Assembly (NCBI GenBank): GCA_963662545.2
Contig: CAXXLL010000002.1
Span: forward strand, 640,001 to 704,000
DNA length: 64,000 bases
Source: Gammaproteobacteria bacterium
GTDB lineage: Bacteria; Pseudomonadota; Gammaproteobacteria; Ga0077536
Direction: 5' to 3'
Below are positions 43,012 to 53,456 of this stretch, in pieces (the first letter of the stretch is position 1; every line of letters begins with the position of its first letter). The notes beneath the pieces are model-generated. The model ran no database searches. It was not told the DNA's origin and saw only the letters and a list, made by a program, of their open reading frames with translations. The position numbers and the translations under genes are program-made.

Positions 43012-44877
43012 ATGAGAAATCTGCACCTGTTACCCCTGTTTGGATCCCTGTTCGCGTCGCTCGCTGCGTACGCTGAACCCGCAGCCGAAAAGTCGAAGGG
43101 ACTGGACGGCGCCGCACTGTACGCCGAACACTGTATCGAATGCCACGGGCGCGCCGCAATTTCCCCATCGTTGACGGCATTATCGAACATGACCGCCGAG
43201 GAAATTCACAAGGAACTGTGGTTCGGCGTCATGGCACAGTTTGTCAATGGCATGGACGATGCGAAGCGATGGACGATAGCCAAGTGGATCGCCGACCATA
43301 AACCCGAAAAGGGCACGCGCGGTGCCGGCGTGACCATGTGCAAAGACAAGACGCCGCTGGTACCCGATGCGGAGCATGACTGGCCTGGACTGTCGAACGA
43401 CAACCGCTACAACCGGCATGTGACTAATGCGCAGCTCACCGCTGCGGGGTTAGCGAACCTCAAGGTCAAGTGGGCCGTAGCCTTCCCGCAGGTCCACGCG
43501 TACCAGGGTGGTGGGCACCCGGTCGCCGTCGTCGGTGACCGATTGTTCGTAGGTAATCTCAATCAATGGGTCTACTCGCTCGATGCGGACACCGGGTGTG
43601 CCCACTGGGCGTTTCGTGCGGAATGGCGGATCCGATCGAACATCGCGGTGTCCGACGGTATCGCCGTGTTTGGCGATCTGGGGGCCAACGTCTACGCTGT
43701 AGATGCGGAAACGGGCCAATTGCTGTGGCGCGACCGGGCGGATTGGACGCCGACCTCACGCATTACGGGCAACGTGACGGCGCACGACGGCATGGTTTAC
43801 GTGCCCGTGTCCTCCTTCCAAGAAGTGCTCAATATTGGCAAACATAGGGAATACCCGTGCTGTACGTTTCGCGGCAGCATCGTCGCCTATGACCTGCGTA
43901 CCGGTGAGCGCAAGTGGAAGTCCTACACCATCGACAAGGAATTCGGGTATCTGGGCACGACGAAAGCCGGCACGAATCGCTACGGTCCCTCGGGGGTCGT
44001 GGTGTTCTCGGCCGTCACGGTCGACGACAAGCGCGGCCTGCTTTACGTGCCAACCGGCAACCAGATGACTGAGCCGGTCGTGCGCGAATCCGACGCCATG
44101 TTGGCGTTGGACATGAAAACCGGCGCCAAGCGCTGGGTGACTTCACTGGCACCCGAGCAGATGGGCGGCCAGGACATCTACCACCTGGGCTGCGAAAAGT
44201 GGGTGGATCCCGAACAGAAAACCTGTTCGCCCTTAAACCCGACGGGACATGGTGACCGGGATATCGTGTCGCCCGCGGTGCTGGTGGAACGATCGGACGG
44301 TAAGGAGATCATCGTGACCGGATCCAAGGACGGCATGCTTTACGGCCTGGATCCGGATGACAGCGGCAAAGTCCTGTGGCAGATCCGCCTCGGCGCCGGC
44401 GGAGAGCTCGGCGGCATCCAATGGGGATTCTCGAGCGACGGCATAAATGCCTACGTACCCGTCATCGATATGGATGTGGACATGAAGGCGAACGGGTCCT
44501 TCACGGCGGTCGATCTCCTGACCGGTAAATCCATCTGGCGTATACAGGATATGACGCCTGATTGTGAAGGTAAGACGTCACCCCCGTGCAGCAACGCCTT
44601 CAGCTTGCCCAGTACCGTGGCGGGCGACGTCGTTTTCACGGGCACCGGCGACGGCGTACTGCGCGCTTACGATACCGCGACCGGCAAGCCGGTGTGGACG
44701 TTCGATACCGTGCGCGAATATGAAACGGTTAACGGCCGCAAAGGGTTCGGTGGGGGGCTCGGCTCGTTCGGGGGGCCCGTCATCGTGAAAAACCGGTTAT
44801 ACGTTTCATCCGGCATGGATCAGTTCAATATTGGGCTGCCCGGAAACGTACTGATCGCGTTCGAGATCCCCGAATAA
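43012..44877 (+). CDS. PQQ-dependent quinohemoprotein, polyvinyl-alcohol dehydrogenase-like
   Basis: Signal peptide, CIECH heme, PQQ beta-propeller repeats, YPCCTFRGS, GGIQWG, PGNVLIAF. Confidence 0.85.
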   Translation: MRNLHLLPLFGSLFASLAAYAEPAAEKSKGLDGAALYAEHCIECHGRAAISPSLTALSNMTAEEIHKELWFGVMAQFVNGMDDAKRWTIAKWIADHKPEKGTRGAGVTMCKDKTPLVPDAEHDWPGLSNDNRYNRHVTNAQLTAAGLANLKVKWAVAFPQVHAYQGGGHPVAVVGDRLFVGNLNQWVYSLDADTGCAHWAFRAEWRIRSNIAVSDGIAVFGDLGANVYAVDAETGQLLWRDRADWTPTSRITGNVTAHDGMVYVPVSSFQEVLNIGKHREYPCCTFRGSIVAYDLRTGERKWKSYTIDKEFGYLGTTKAGTNRYGPSGVVVFSAVTVDDKRGLLYVPTGNQMTEPVVRESDAMLALDMKTGAKRWVTSLAPEQMGGQDIYHLGCEKWVDPEQKTCSPLNPTGHGDRDIVSPAVLVERSDGKEIIVTGSKDGMLYGLDPDDSGKVLWQIRLGAGGELGGIQWGFSSDGINAYVPVIDMDVDMKANGSFTAVDLLTGKSIWRIQDMTPDCEGKTSPPCSNAFSLPSTVAGDVVFTGTGDGVLRAYDTATGKPVWTFDTVREYETVNGRKGFGGGLGSFGGPVIVKNRLYVSSGMDQFNIGLPGNVLIAFEIPE

Positions 44878-44884
44878 GGGTACC

Positions 44885-45028
44885 GTGACGGCGATTAGAT
44901 CGGAGGACGTTATTCAAAGCGTGGCGGACGCGTTGCAATACATCTCGTATTACCATCCGCCCGACTACATCGCCAACCTCGCGCGCGCCTACGAGCTCGA
45001 AGAGTCGCAGGCCGGCGTGGCCGCTTAG
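44885..45028 (+). pseudogene. fumA: N-terminal fragment of class I fumarate hydratase, cut at repeat R13
   Basis: IQSVADALQYISYYHPPDYI...AYELEES, then runs into the repeat. Confidence 0.8.
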
Positions 45029-45149
45029 GGTCGTCGGCGGCCTCCTCGCGGCACTGCAGCACTGTTTTAGATTGCGTCTGCTATTCCCTCCATAGCGGTC
45101 GTCCAATAGCGTTCAGCGGAACGTTTACAGAGCACTTCAGCTTACAGCC
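45019..45149 (+). repeat. Tri-modular repeat R13
   Basis: GGGTC 45028, AGCC 45146. Confidence 0.9.
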
Positions 45150-45362
45150 GAGGCTTTTCTTGCAACGCTCGACATTCCGATCTCGGCACCGAGCCTAGGC
45201 GGACCCGAAACGTTGGTGACGTGCCCTGCCATCACTTCGCACGCGGGACTGTCGATAGCAGCGCGCGAACGCCTAGGTGTCAGCAACGCTTTGATCCGCT
45301 GCTCGACGGGTTTGGAGGACGCTGATGAGCTGATTGCTGATTTCGCCCAAGCCCTCGGTTGA
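45147..45362 (+). pseudogene. C-terminal fragment of a Cys/Met trans-sulfuration PLP enzyme, starting at repeat R13
   Basis: APSLGGPETLV..PAITSHAGLS...LIRCSTGLEDADELIADFAQAL*. Confidence 0.8.
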
Positions 45363-45443
45363 TACCCGTGTATCATCCGGGTTCAAGGAACTTTCGGCCG
45401 CACGCCCATGTCCGGATGTATTGCGGCGATAGTGGAAAACTCC

Positions 45444-46943
45444 ATGAATCATTTTGATGTCGTCATCGTCGGCGCAGGCCTGTCGGGCATCGGCGCGGCT
45501 CGTCAATTGCAGGACAAATGTCCCGGCAAGACGTTCGCGATTCTGGAAGGGCGTGAAACGATCGGCGGCACCTGGGATCTGTTTCGTTACCCCGGTGTCC
45601 GTTCGGACAGTGATATGTATACGATGGGATACGACTCTAAGCCCTGGCTCAACCCCAAAGCGATTGCTGACGGACCGTCAATTTTGGACTACGTGAAGGA
45701 GGCCGCCACGGAGCGCGCCATCGTCGAGCACATCCACTTTGGTCATAAGGCCCGCGCGGCCAACTGGTCGAGCGAGCAATCCCGCTGGACCATCGAAGCC
45801 AAGCGCACGAATGGCGGCTTGGCTCAGTTCACCTGTAATTTTCTGTTTATGTGCAGTGGCTACTACAGCTACGATGAAGGTTACACCCCCGAGTTCGACG
45901 GCATAGACGATTTTAAGGGCCAGATCATCCATCCTCAGAAATGGCCGGACGACCTCGACTATGCCGGCAAGCGCGTGGTGATCATCGGCAGCGGCGCGAC
46001 CGCGATGACGCTGGTCCCGGCCATGGCCGAGACAGCCGGTCAGGTCACGATGCTGCAGCGTTCGCCGACTTACGTGGTGTCGCTCCCGGCCGAAGACGCA
46101 ATCGCCGAAACGCTCAAGAAGTATCTGCCGGAGAAGCTCGCGTATCGCATCATCCGCCGGAAGAACGTGCAGTTTCAGCGCTACATCTACCGCCAAACGC
46201 GAGTGAATCCCGAGAAGTTCAAGCAGAAACTCTTGAGTCTGGTGCGTAAGCACCTCGGGTCCGACTACGATATCAACAAGCACTTCACGCCTGATTACAA
46301 CCCCTGGGATCAGCGTCTTTGTCTCGTGCCGGATGCCGACTTGTTCAAGGCGATAAATTCCGGCAAAGCGGCGGTGGCGACCGATCAAATCGAACGCTTT
46401 ACGCCTACCGGAATTCAGCTCAAGTCCGGAGGCGAACTCGAAGCCGACATCATCGTTACCGCGACGGGTCTCAACCTCGTCGTACTGGGCGACGCGACCT
46501 TCAGTGTCGACGGCAAACCCATTGATTTCCCGCAGACCTACTCCTACAAAGGTTTGATGTTTTCGGATGTACCCAACCTCGTGTACACCCTAGGCTATAT
46601 CAATGCGTCCTGGACTTTACGCTCGGAATTGGTGGCGGAATATGTATGCCGGCTGGTGAATCGCATGACTGAGTTGAATGCCAGCCAGTGCACCCCGCGC
46701 TTGCGCGAAGAAGATGAAGGCATGGAGCGGCGATTGATGGTCGAGGATTTCACCCCGGGCTACATGCAGCGGACCATGCATCTATTTCCGAGGCAAGGTG
46801 ATCGCGACCCCTGGCGCTTCACGCAAAATTATGCGGCCGACAAGAAGAAAATCCGTCACGCGCCGCTGGAAGATGGGGTCTTGAACTTCAGTCGAAATCG
46901 TCCGCCTGAGTTTTCAGAGATCAAAGGGGCCGTTAACGAATGA
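45444..46943 (+). CDS. Baeyer-Villiger monooxygenase (EthA-like)
   Basis: GAGLSG, GGTWDLFRYPG, FKGQIIHPQKWP BVMO fingerprint, GSGATA. Confidence 0.92.
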   Translation: MNHFDVVIVGAGLSGIGAARQLQDKCPGKTFAILEGRETIGGTWDLFRYPGVRSDSDMYTMGYDSKPWLNPKAIADGPSILDYVKEAATERAIVEHIHFGHKARAANWSSEQSRWTIEAKRTNGGLAQFTCNFLFMCSGYYSYDEGYTPEFDGIDDFKGQIIHPQKWPDDLDYAGKRVVIIGSGATAMTLVPAMAETAGQVTMLQRSPTYVVSLPAEDAIAETLKKYLPEKLAYRIIRRKNVQFQRYIYRQTRVNPEKFKQKLLSLVRKHLGSDYDINKHFTPDYNPWDQRLCLVPDADLFKAINSGKAAVATDQIERFTPTGIQLKSGGELEADIIVTATGLNLVVLGDATFSVDGKPIDFPQTYSYKGLMFSDVPNLVYTLGYINASWTLRSELVAEYVCRLVNRMTELNASQCTPRLREEDEGMERRLMVEDFTPGYMQRTMHLFPRQGDRDPWRFTQNYAADKKKIRHAPLEDGVLNFSRNRPPEFSEIKGAVNE

Positions 46944-47162
46944 TAGGTTTAATAATTCTCCGTTGTCACCTAACCCTCTAATTCACCTTGGCTTAGCCGA
47001 ATCTTCGCTTTCTCGCCATTTCTGCCGCACCGTTCCACCTACCCTTGAAGACCGCTCCGCATTTTTCGATAAACACAGTCATGCCTTTTTTCTGGTCCTC
47101 GGTAGAAAACGCCAGGGCCACCGCTCCAGTCGGAGAAGGAAGCAAGGTAATCTACCGTCGAT

Positions 47163-48993
47163 GTCCGCTGTGGGTCCAGAGTGTGTGAAAACTCTGCATC
47201 AGATAAGATCACTCTTTCGGTCCTGGGGAGTCGTTGATGAGCGGGTTCATTGAAGGCGCGGACCGCCGCCAAACAACGCTGTTTCCCGAGTGTCTGGACG
47301 ATTATGTCGCTGAGGAGAGTGCGGTGCGGGTCATCGATGTGTTCGTCGATGAGTTGGATCTGTCAGGTCTGAGTTTCAGAACCGATGCGCATGAGACGGG
47401 TCGACCGGGGTATCACCCGGCGACGATGCTGAAGCTCTATATCTACGGTTACCTGAACCGGGTTCAATCGAGCCGTCGCCTGGAACGGGAGGCGCAGCGG
47501 AACGTGGAACTGATGTGGCTGACGGGTCGTCTGGCGCCTGATTTCAAGACCATTGCCGATTTCCGCAAAGATAACGGTGACGCCATTCGTCTGGTATGCC
47601 GGGAGTTCGTGATGCTGTGCCGTAAGCTGCAGCTGTTTTCGGAAGCCTTCGTGGCGATAGATGGCAGCAAGTTCAAAGCGGTAAACAACCGTGACCGGAA
47701 CTTCACGAAGGCGAAGCTGAAACGTCGGTTGCAGCAGATTGACGAGAGCGTTGAGCGGTACCTGGCGGAAATTGCAAGTGCCGACCGCCAGGAGCGTGCG
47801 GTGTCAGGTGACAAGTCGCAGCGTTTGAAGGACAAGATCGAGGTACTGAAGGAAGAGATAGGCCGCCTAAAAAAGCTCGAGGTACGGCTCGAGGAGACGC
47901 CGGACCATCAGGTCTCACTGACGGACCCGGACGCGCGCTCGATGGCGACGAGCGGCCGTGGCAGCGGCATGGTGGGGTACAACGTGCAGACGGCGGTCGA
48001 CACGAAGAGTCATCTGATTGTGGCACATGAAGTGACGAACGTAGGTCATGACCGGGCGCAACTGTCGAACATGTCGGAGAAAGCCAAAGAGGCGCTGGAT
48101 AAGAAGGAGTTGACCGTCGTTGCGGATCGCGGGTACTTCAGTGGCGAAGAGATCTTGGCGTGCGCTAAAGCCGGCATCACGACCTATCTGCCGAAACCGC
48201 AGACCTCGGGTAACCAGGCGAAGGGCTTGTTTGGCAAGCGCGACTTCATTTACCAACCCGAAGAGGATGCGTATGAATGCCCGGCCGGTGAGCGACTGAT
48301 TTACCGGTTCACCCGAGTGGAGAAAGGCAAGCAGATCCGGCGCTACTGGAGTTCGGCGTGTCCCCGCTGCCCGATCAAATCTAAATGCACAACGGGTCGA
48401 TACCGGCGCGTCAGCCGTTGGGAACATGAAGCGGTTGTTGAAGCGGTGCAGGCGCGATTGGATCGTGAACCTGACCCTATGCGTGTCCGCCGAGAGACGG
48501 TCGAGCATCCATTTGGCACGATCAAATCCTGGATGGGTTCGACCCACTTCCAGATGCGCACGCTGAAACACGTTGGTACGGAAATGAGTCTGCACGTGCT
48601 CGCTTACAACATGAAACGCGTGATGAATCTACTGGGTGTCGCTACGCTCATCGAAGCGATGACGGCATGAGACCCTCTGTGGCCTCGAAAACTCCCTGAT
48701 CCACGGCTTCACTGCCGGCTTCTGGGGCCGTTCTAAGGAATGTTCCATTAACTAACCGATCGCATTGGACCGCGAGCGCGGCCGTCGTAACCGCGCCGCG
48801 TTGCGTCTGACGAGGAGTTCTCGACGTGATTCCTCTTCATTCCGAGTTTTCACACACTCTGGGTCGGTAGCTGCCTGATCACCGCGGCGCAACGCTGCTC
48901 TAGTTTACGTCTACAATGCGCTCGGAAGCGGTCATCGAGTTGCTTTAAGCGTTAAGTCGAGAGGGTACGACGGCTCTCGGCCAAGTGTGGGCC
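47163..48993 (+). repeat. Tri-modular repeat R14 split by IS1182 (47163-47176 + 48862-48993)
   Basis: GGTC duplicated; GGCC 48979. Confidence 0.88.
47177..48861 (+). mobile_element. IS1182-family element (1685 bp), copy 1
   Basis: IRs CAGAGTGTGTGAAAACTC; GGTC TSD; CDS 47237-48670. Confidence 0.93.
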
Positions 48994-49133
48994 CGAACAG
49001 CACGCACGCCTCGATCATTCATCGGCAAGTTGCTATACCGCAGCGCTGACTTGAAAGCGGCTATTTAATGGGGATAGCAAAAGCTGGCGGATATTGGTAA
49101 ACGTATCCGATAGCGCGACGGGGGAAAGAGGCC

Positions 49134-49763
49134 ATGTACATTCCCAAGGCACATCAAATTTCGGATAGAGCGATACTTGATGAGTTCATCACGATGAACG
49201 GTTTTGCGACGCTCATCAGCACCGTGGACGGCTCCCCCTTTGCGACCCATCTGCCGATGATCCTCGATCGGACTGAGTCGGCGCAGGGAGTTCTCCTGGG
49301 GCATGTCGCGCGCGCTAATCCTCACTGGCGCGCGTTCGACGGCCAGAGGGAGGCGCTCGCGATTTTCCACGGCCCTCATACCTACATTTCCCCTAGTTGG
49401 TGTGTGACCCCCCTCGCTCTACCCACCTGGAACTATGCGGTGGTGCACGTATACGGCGCTCCTCGTGTCGTCGATGAGGAAGAATGGCGCTCCAACCTGG
49501 TGGACAGACTGATTGCCATCCACGAAGCGGGCATGCCTGAACCGTGGCCAGGGGAGTTTCCCGCCGACTTCAAAGCCAATCTCTTGCAAGCGATCGTGGG
49601 GTTTGTCATAGAAATCGAGCGAGTGGAGGGCAAGTTTAAACTGGCTCAGAACCGCCCGCTTGAGGACCAGCTGGGGATTGTGCGTCACCTTGAAGCAAGC
49701 CGTGACCCTGTAGCCCAGGCATTGGGAGCACTCACGAAGAAACAGCTCAGCGCCACGGATTGA
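49134..49763 (+). CDS. paiB: FMN-binding negative transcriptional regulator PaiB family
   Basis: MYIP, GHVARANPHW, YISPSW, PTWNY and GKFKLAQN motifs. Confidence 0.9.
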   Translation: MYIPKAHQISDRAILDEFITMNGFATLISTVDGSPFATHLPMILDRTESAQGVLLGHVARANPHWRAFDGQREALAIFHGPHTYISPSWCVTPLALPTWNYAVVHVYGAPRVVDEEEWRSNLVDRLIAIHEAGMPEPWPGEFPADFKANLLQAIVGFVIEIERVEGKFKLAQNRPLEDQLGIVRHLEASRDPVAQALGALTKKQLSATD

Positions 49764-49877
49764 TTGATCGAGCACGAAGAGCCTGAAATGAACCCAGAAG
49801 TTATTGCGAGGGTGGAGACTAGCCAAAAAAAAACGCCTTAGTACGAGGTTTTTATTTTTGCAACCAGGTCCGCTATG

Positions 49878-51121
49878 TGGTTTGGCCCCGGTATTTCGGA
49901 CCACCTAATTCGGCACGATAATGTGCTGGGAGGTGTGTCATGGGGAGAAGACAACGCTATAGCGCGGAGTTCAAAAGACAAGCACTTAGGCGAGCTGACG
50001 AGCCCGGGGTGACGGGTGCTCTGGTGTGCGAGGAGCTTGGGATCAGTACGCGACAGCTTCGGCGGTGGCAGGATTTGGTAAGTGAGCACGGGGAGAAGGC
50101 TGCGTTCCCAGGCCACGGCAAGAGCCGCGACGAGGAGATGACGCGACTCAAGCGCGAACTGAGCAAGGTCACAGAGGAGCGTGATTTTTTAAAAGAAGCG
50201 GCGAGGTACTTTGCCAGGGAGTCGAAGTGAGATACGGCTGTATCCACCGGCGGCGGCGCCAGCACTCGGTCAGGATGATGTGCGGGTTGTTGCGTGTCTC
50301 GCGTAGCGGTTACTACGACTGGTGCGGTCGTGGCGAGAGTGCGAGACAGCGCCGGGACCGGCGTCTGTTACCCCTGATCCGAGGCCTGCACCTGGAGAGT
50401 GGCGGTGTCTACGGCGCACGCAAGGTGCAACGCGAACTGGCCGAGCTCGGTGAGCCTTGCGGACGGCACAAAGTGGCCCGCTTGATACACGATGCCGGAC
50501 TCAAAGGTTGTCCGAAGCGCCGATTTCGCCGGCTTGCTGAGCGCCCGCCGAGCTACCCGGTTGCAGCGAACTTGCTCAACCAGGACTTCAAGGCCAGCCG
50601 GGTCAACGCGCGCTGGGCGTCGGATATTACCTACCTCTCGACACGCCAGGGATGGCTGTACCTGGCGGTAGTGATGGACCTCTATTCGCGACGCATTGTG
50701 GGCTGGTCGATGGACCGGCGGACCGGCCGACACCGGGTGGTGGACGCGATGAAGATGGCGCTGGGGCAACGTCAGCCGAGCGCCCCGTTGCTCCATCATT
50801 CCGACCGTGGACCGCAATACACCAGCGATGACTTCCGAGCGCTACTGGCGCGTTACGGGATCGAATGCAGTATGAGTGGTCGTGGTAGTTGTTACGACAA
50901 TGCACCGGTCGAAAGCTTTTTCGCGCTACTCAAGCGCGAGCGCATTCGCCGACGCACTTACGCTTCTCGAGAGGACGCCAAGGCTGATGTGTTCGACTAC
51001 ATCGAGCGTTTCTACAACCGATGTCGGCGTCATGGCTACCTGGACTATTCCAGTCCGGTAGACTTTGAAAGGCAGGCAGTGAAGACTTAATCAACTGGTC
51101 CGAAATTCTGGGGCCGAACCA
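49878..51121 (+). mobile_element. IS3-family element (orfA 49940-50230, orfB 50227-51090) between the outer arms of repeat R15
   Basis: TG...CA IRs; WASDITY, HHSDRGPQY and ESFF motifs; flanks GTCCGCTATG and GTCGGCCATAAGCGGCCAT; no TSD. Confidence 0.92.
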
Positions 51122-51327
51122 GTCGGCCATAAGCGGCCATCCGAGTCGCCTGGCTAACTCAATTTTGATGGCTGGAGCGAGCCATATTCCTGACGACCGC
51201 CCCAAAAAAATACTGCGCGCAGGTATTCGAGCCATGCCCGCTCCGACACCTTATATATATGTGCCCTTAATCGCTGTACTGGTGGGCTGTTCTACGCCCT
51301 ACCAGAAGAAGGGTTTTTCCGGCGGAT

Positions 51328-51573
51328 AGCATATTGGCGCACAGTCCAAGGCCGCCCCACGTACTTGGTCGCGCGTGGCCCGCGCACAAAGGGCTCGAAT
51401 CCCGGCATCGAATCGACGTGTTCCAACTCGGCCAGGTCGGCCGCCGTATAAACGGGTTTAACGACGATTCCCTCCGCCGTCAGCCAGTCAAGCGCGTCTG
51501 GCGAGGCCGCCTTTGACTCCTTTAGCGCCCGCGCGCTTCAATCAGATAGGGCTTTTTCAGAACCTGTTGTCAC
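51328..51573 (-). pseudogene. scpA: N-terminal fragment of methylmalonyl-CoA mutase
   Basis: VKPVYTAADL...MPGFEPFVRGPRATKYVGRPWTVRQYA; internal stop and frameshift. Confidence 0.75.
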
Positions 51574-51835
51574 TCGAGAACCTCCGGAATATACGGCGAT
51601 CCGGGCGCCTATACCCCGCCTGCGGTGCGGGCGTCTGGGAGCCGCGAATTATAGCCCGCGATCCGTCTAGACGCACGTAAGGTTCTGCATTACAGGACTT
51701 TTCCGGTGCCTACAGATCGTTTACGGAAGGCCCGCGGGACCTAACTCGTTATACTGGACGGGCCCGCGTCGGGCACGTCACCGCCCGGTGAGCCGCACGT
51801 AATAGCAATCAAAGACGAAATCCCCTAAACACATC

Positions 51836-53050
51836 ATGGATTTCTCACTTTCAGCCGATCAAATCGAGCTCCAGAGTCACTGCCGCGAACTCGCGCGCAC
51901 GTTTGCTGAGACGTCCGACCGGCATGATCGCGAAGCATCCGCGCCGGAAGAGAATTACCGTGCGCTACGTGAAGCCGGCCTGTTCGGGATGCTAACGCCC
52001 AAGAACTTGGGCGGGATGGGCGCCGGCCTGCTCGGACACACGATCGCGATGGAAGAACTCGCCCAGGGCTGCGCCGCGACAGCGATGAGCTTCAACATGC
52101 ATAACGTGGCCGCTTATACGCTAACGGTAACCGACGCATTCGGCGACGCCGTACGCGAACGCGCTGCACAACTGTTTGTCGTCGAACGCAAGTTAATGGC
52201 GAATCTCATTTCGGAGGCCGGCACGACCAATCTTTTGTACTCGACGCGCGCAAGTTCGACCCAGGCGCGACGGGTAGATGGCGGTTATCTGTTAAACGGC
52301 CGCAAGGCTTTCGCTTCTATGATCTCCTCGGCCGACATGGCGTTGATTTGCGTGCATCCGGAACATATCGAGAACCTCGAATCGGTGATCATGGTAATCG
52401 TCGATACCGACGCGCCCGGTCTCACGATCGAACCGGTGTGGGATACGCTGGGTATGCGAGCAACCCGCAGTGACAACGTTTTGCTCGAAGATTGCTTCGT
52501 ACCGGCGGAATTTGCCTTCGATCATGTCGTTGTTCCCAGCATCGGCGAATTCCTGGCGACTCATGAATCGATGATCAACCTGCCCTATACCGCCGTTTAC
52601 ATGGGCCTTGGGCTCGCAACGCTGGCCGCGATCAAAGCCGTTGTAAAGGGACGGCGACCCAAGGGTTACACCCAACCGCTGTCTTATCACCCCGATATCC
52701 GGCGGCGCATAGCCATCATCAACGCAGAACTCGAGAGCGCGCGTTGGCTGTTGCGCTACGCGGCCTGGCTCGCCGACAACGAAGGCCAAACGCCGGCCGC
52801 GCAGACGGCGTTGTTCCGCGCGAAATACGTCGTTGGCGAGGCCGTAGCCGCGGCAACGCGATCGGCACTCGAAATGGGCGGCGCGCATGGGTTGTTCAAA
52901 GGCTCGGCGATAGAACGTTTGTTTCGCGACGGCGCCACCGCCACAATGATGCAACCCAGCACCGACGTTTGTCTGGGCCAGATCAGCCTCGATGAATTAG
53001 ACCTCGAGCAAACGCAGGTCCAATCTCCGTTGGCCCGTTCCGACGACTGA
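51836..53050 (+). CDS. Acyl-CoA dehydrogenase family protein
   Basis: MDFSLS, LNGRKAFAS, WDTLGMRATRS and IERLFRD motifs. Confidence 0.9.
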   Translation: MDFSLSADQIELQSHCRELARTFAETSDRHDREASAPEENYRALREAGLFGMLTPKNLGGMGAGLLGHTIAMEELAQGCAATAMSFNMHNVAAYTLTVTDAFGDAVRERAAQLFVVERKLMANLISEAGTTNLLYSTRASSTQARRVDGGYLLNGRKAFASMISSADMALICVHPEHIENLESVIMVIVDTDAPGLTIEPVWDTLGMRATRSDNVLLEDCFVPAEFAFDHVVVPSIGEFLATHESMINLPYTAVYMGLGLATLAAIKAVVKGRRPKGYTQPLSYHPDIRRRIAIINAELESARWLLRYAAWLADNEGQTPAAQTALFRAKYVVGEAVAAATRSALEMGGAHGLFKGSAIERLFRDGATATMMQPSTDVCLGQISLDELDLEQTQVQSPLARSDD

Positions 53051-53313
53051 CGCAGTATGCCGCGTCACCACTCGCGGTTCGGGTGATGATCGCAACCCTA
53101 TAATCGAGTTCTTACCCGGTTATCTCGCCGTACTAATTGGATCCCGCCTTTTCCAACTGCACGGATTCCTGAAGCGTTGTCGTGAATTCGAACGAGGGCG
53201 GGGTCTTCGATGCAGGCGATGACTGTAGAGCACCGCACCTGCGTATGGCTTTTGGATCTATTTTCACAGTCGGGTTGTGCTGGAAGTAAGCGTTCTAAAC
53301 CTGGAACTCCGAG

Positions 53314-53456
53314 GACCACTTTGGGTCGTCAGCGGCCGAATCGCGGCAGCGGATCACCGCCCTAGATTACGTCTGCAGTGCGCTCCATAGCAGTCGTCGA
53401 GTAACGTTCACCGACGCGTTAACCGATGACGACGGCAGTCGGCCAATAACCGATAT
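53314..53456 (+). repeat. Tri-modular repeat R16 (uninterrupted)
   Basis: Modules start at 53314, 53371 and 53431; GGGTC 53323, GGCC 53441. Confidence 0.92.
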
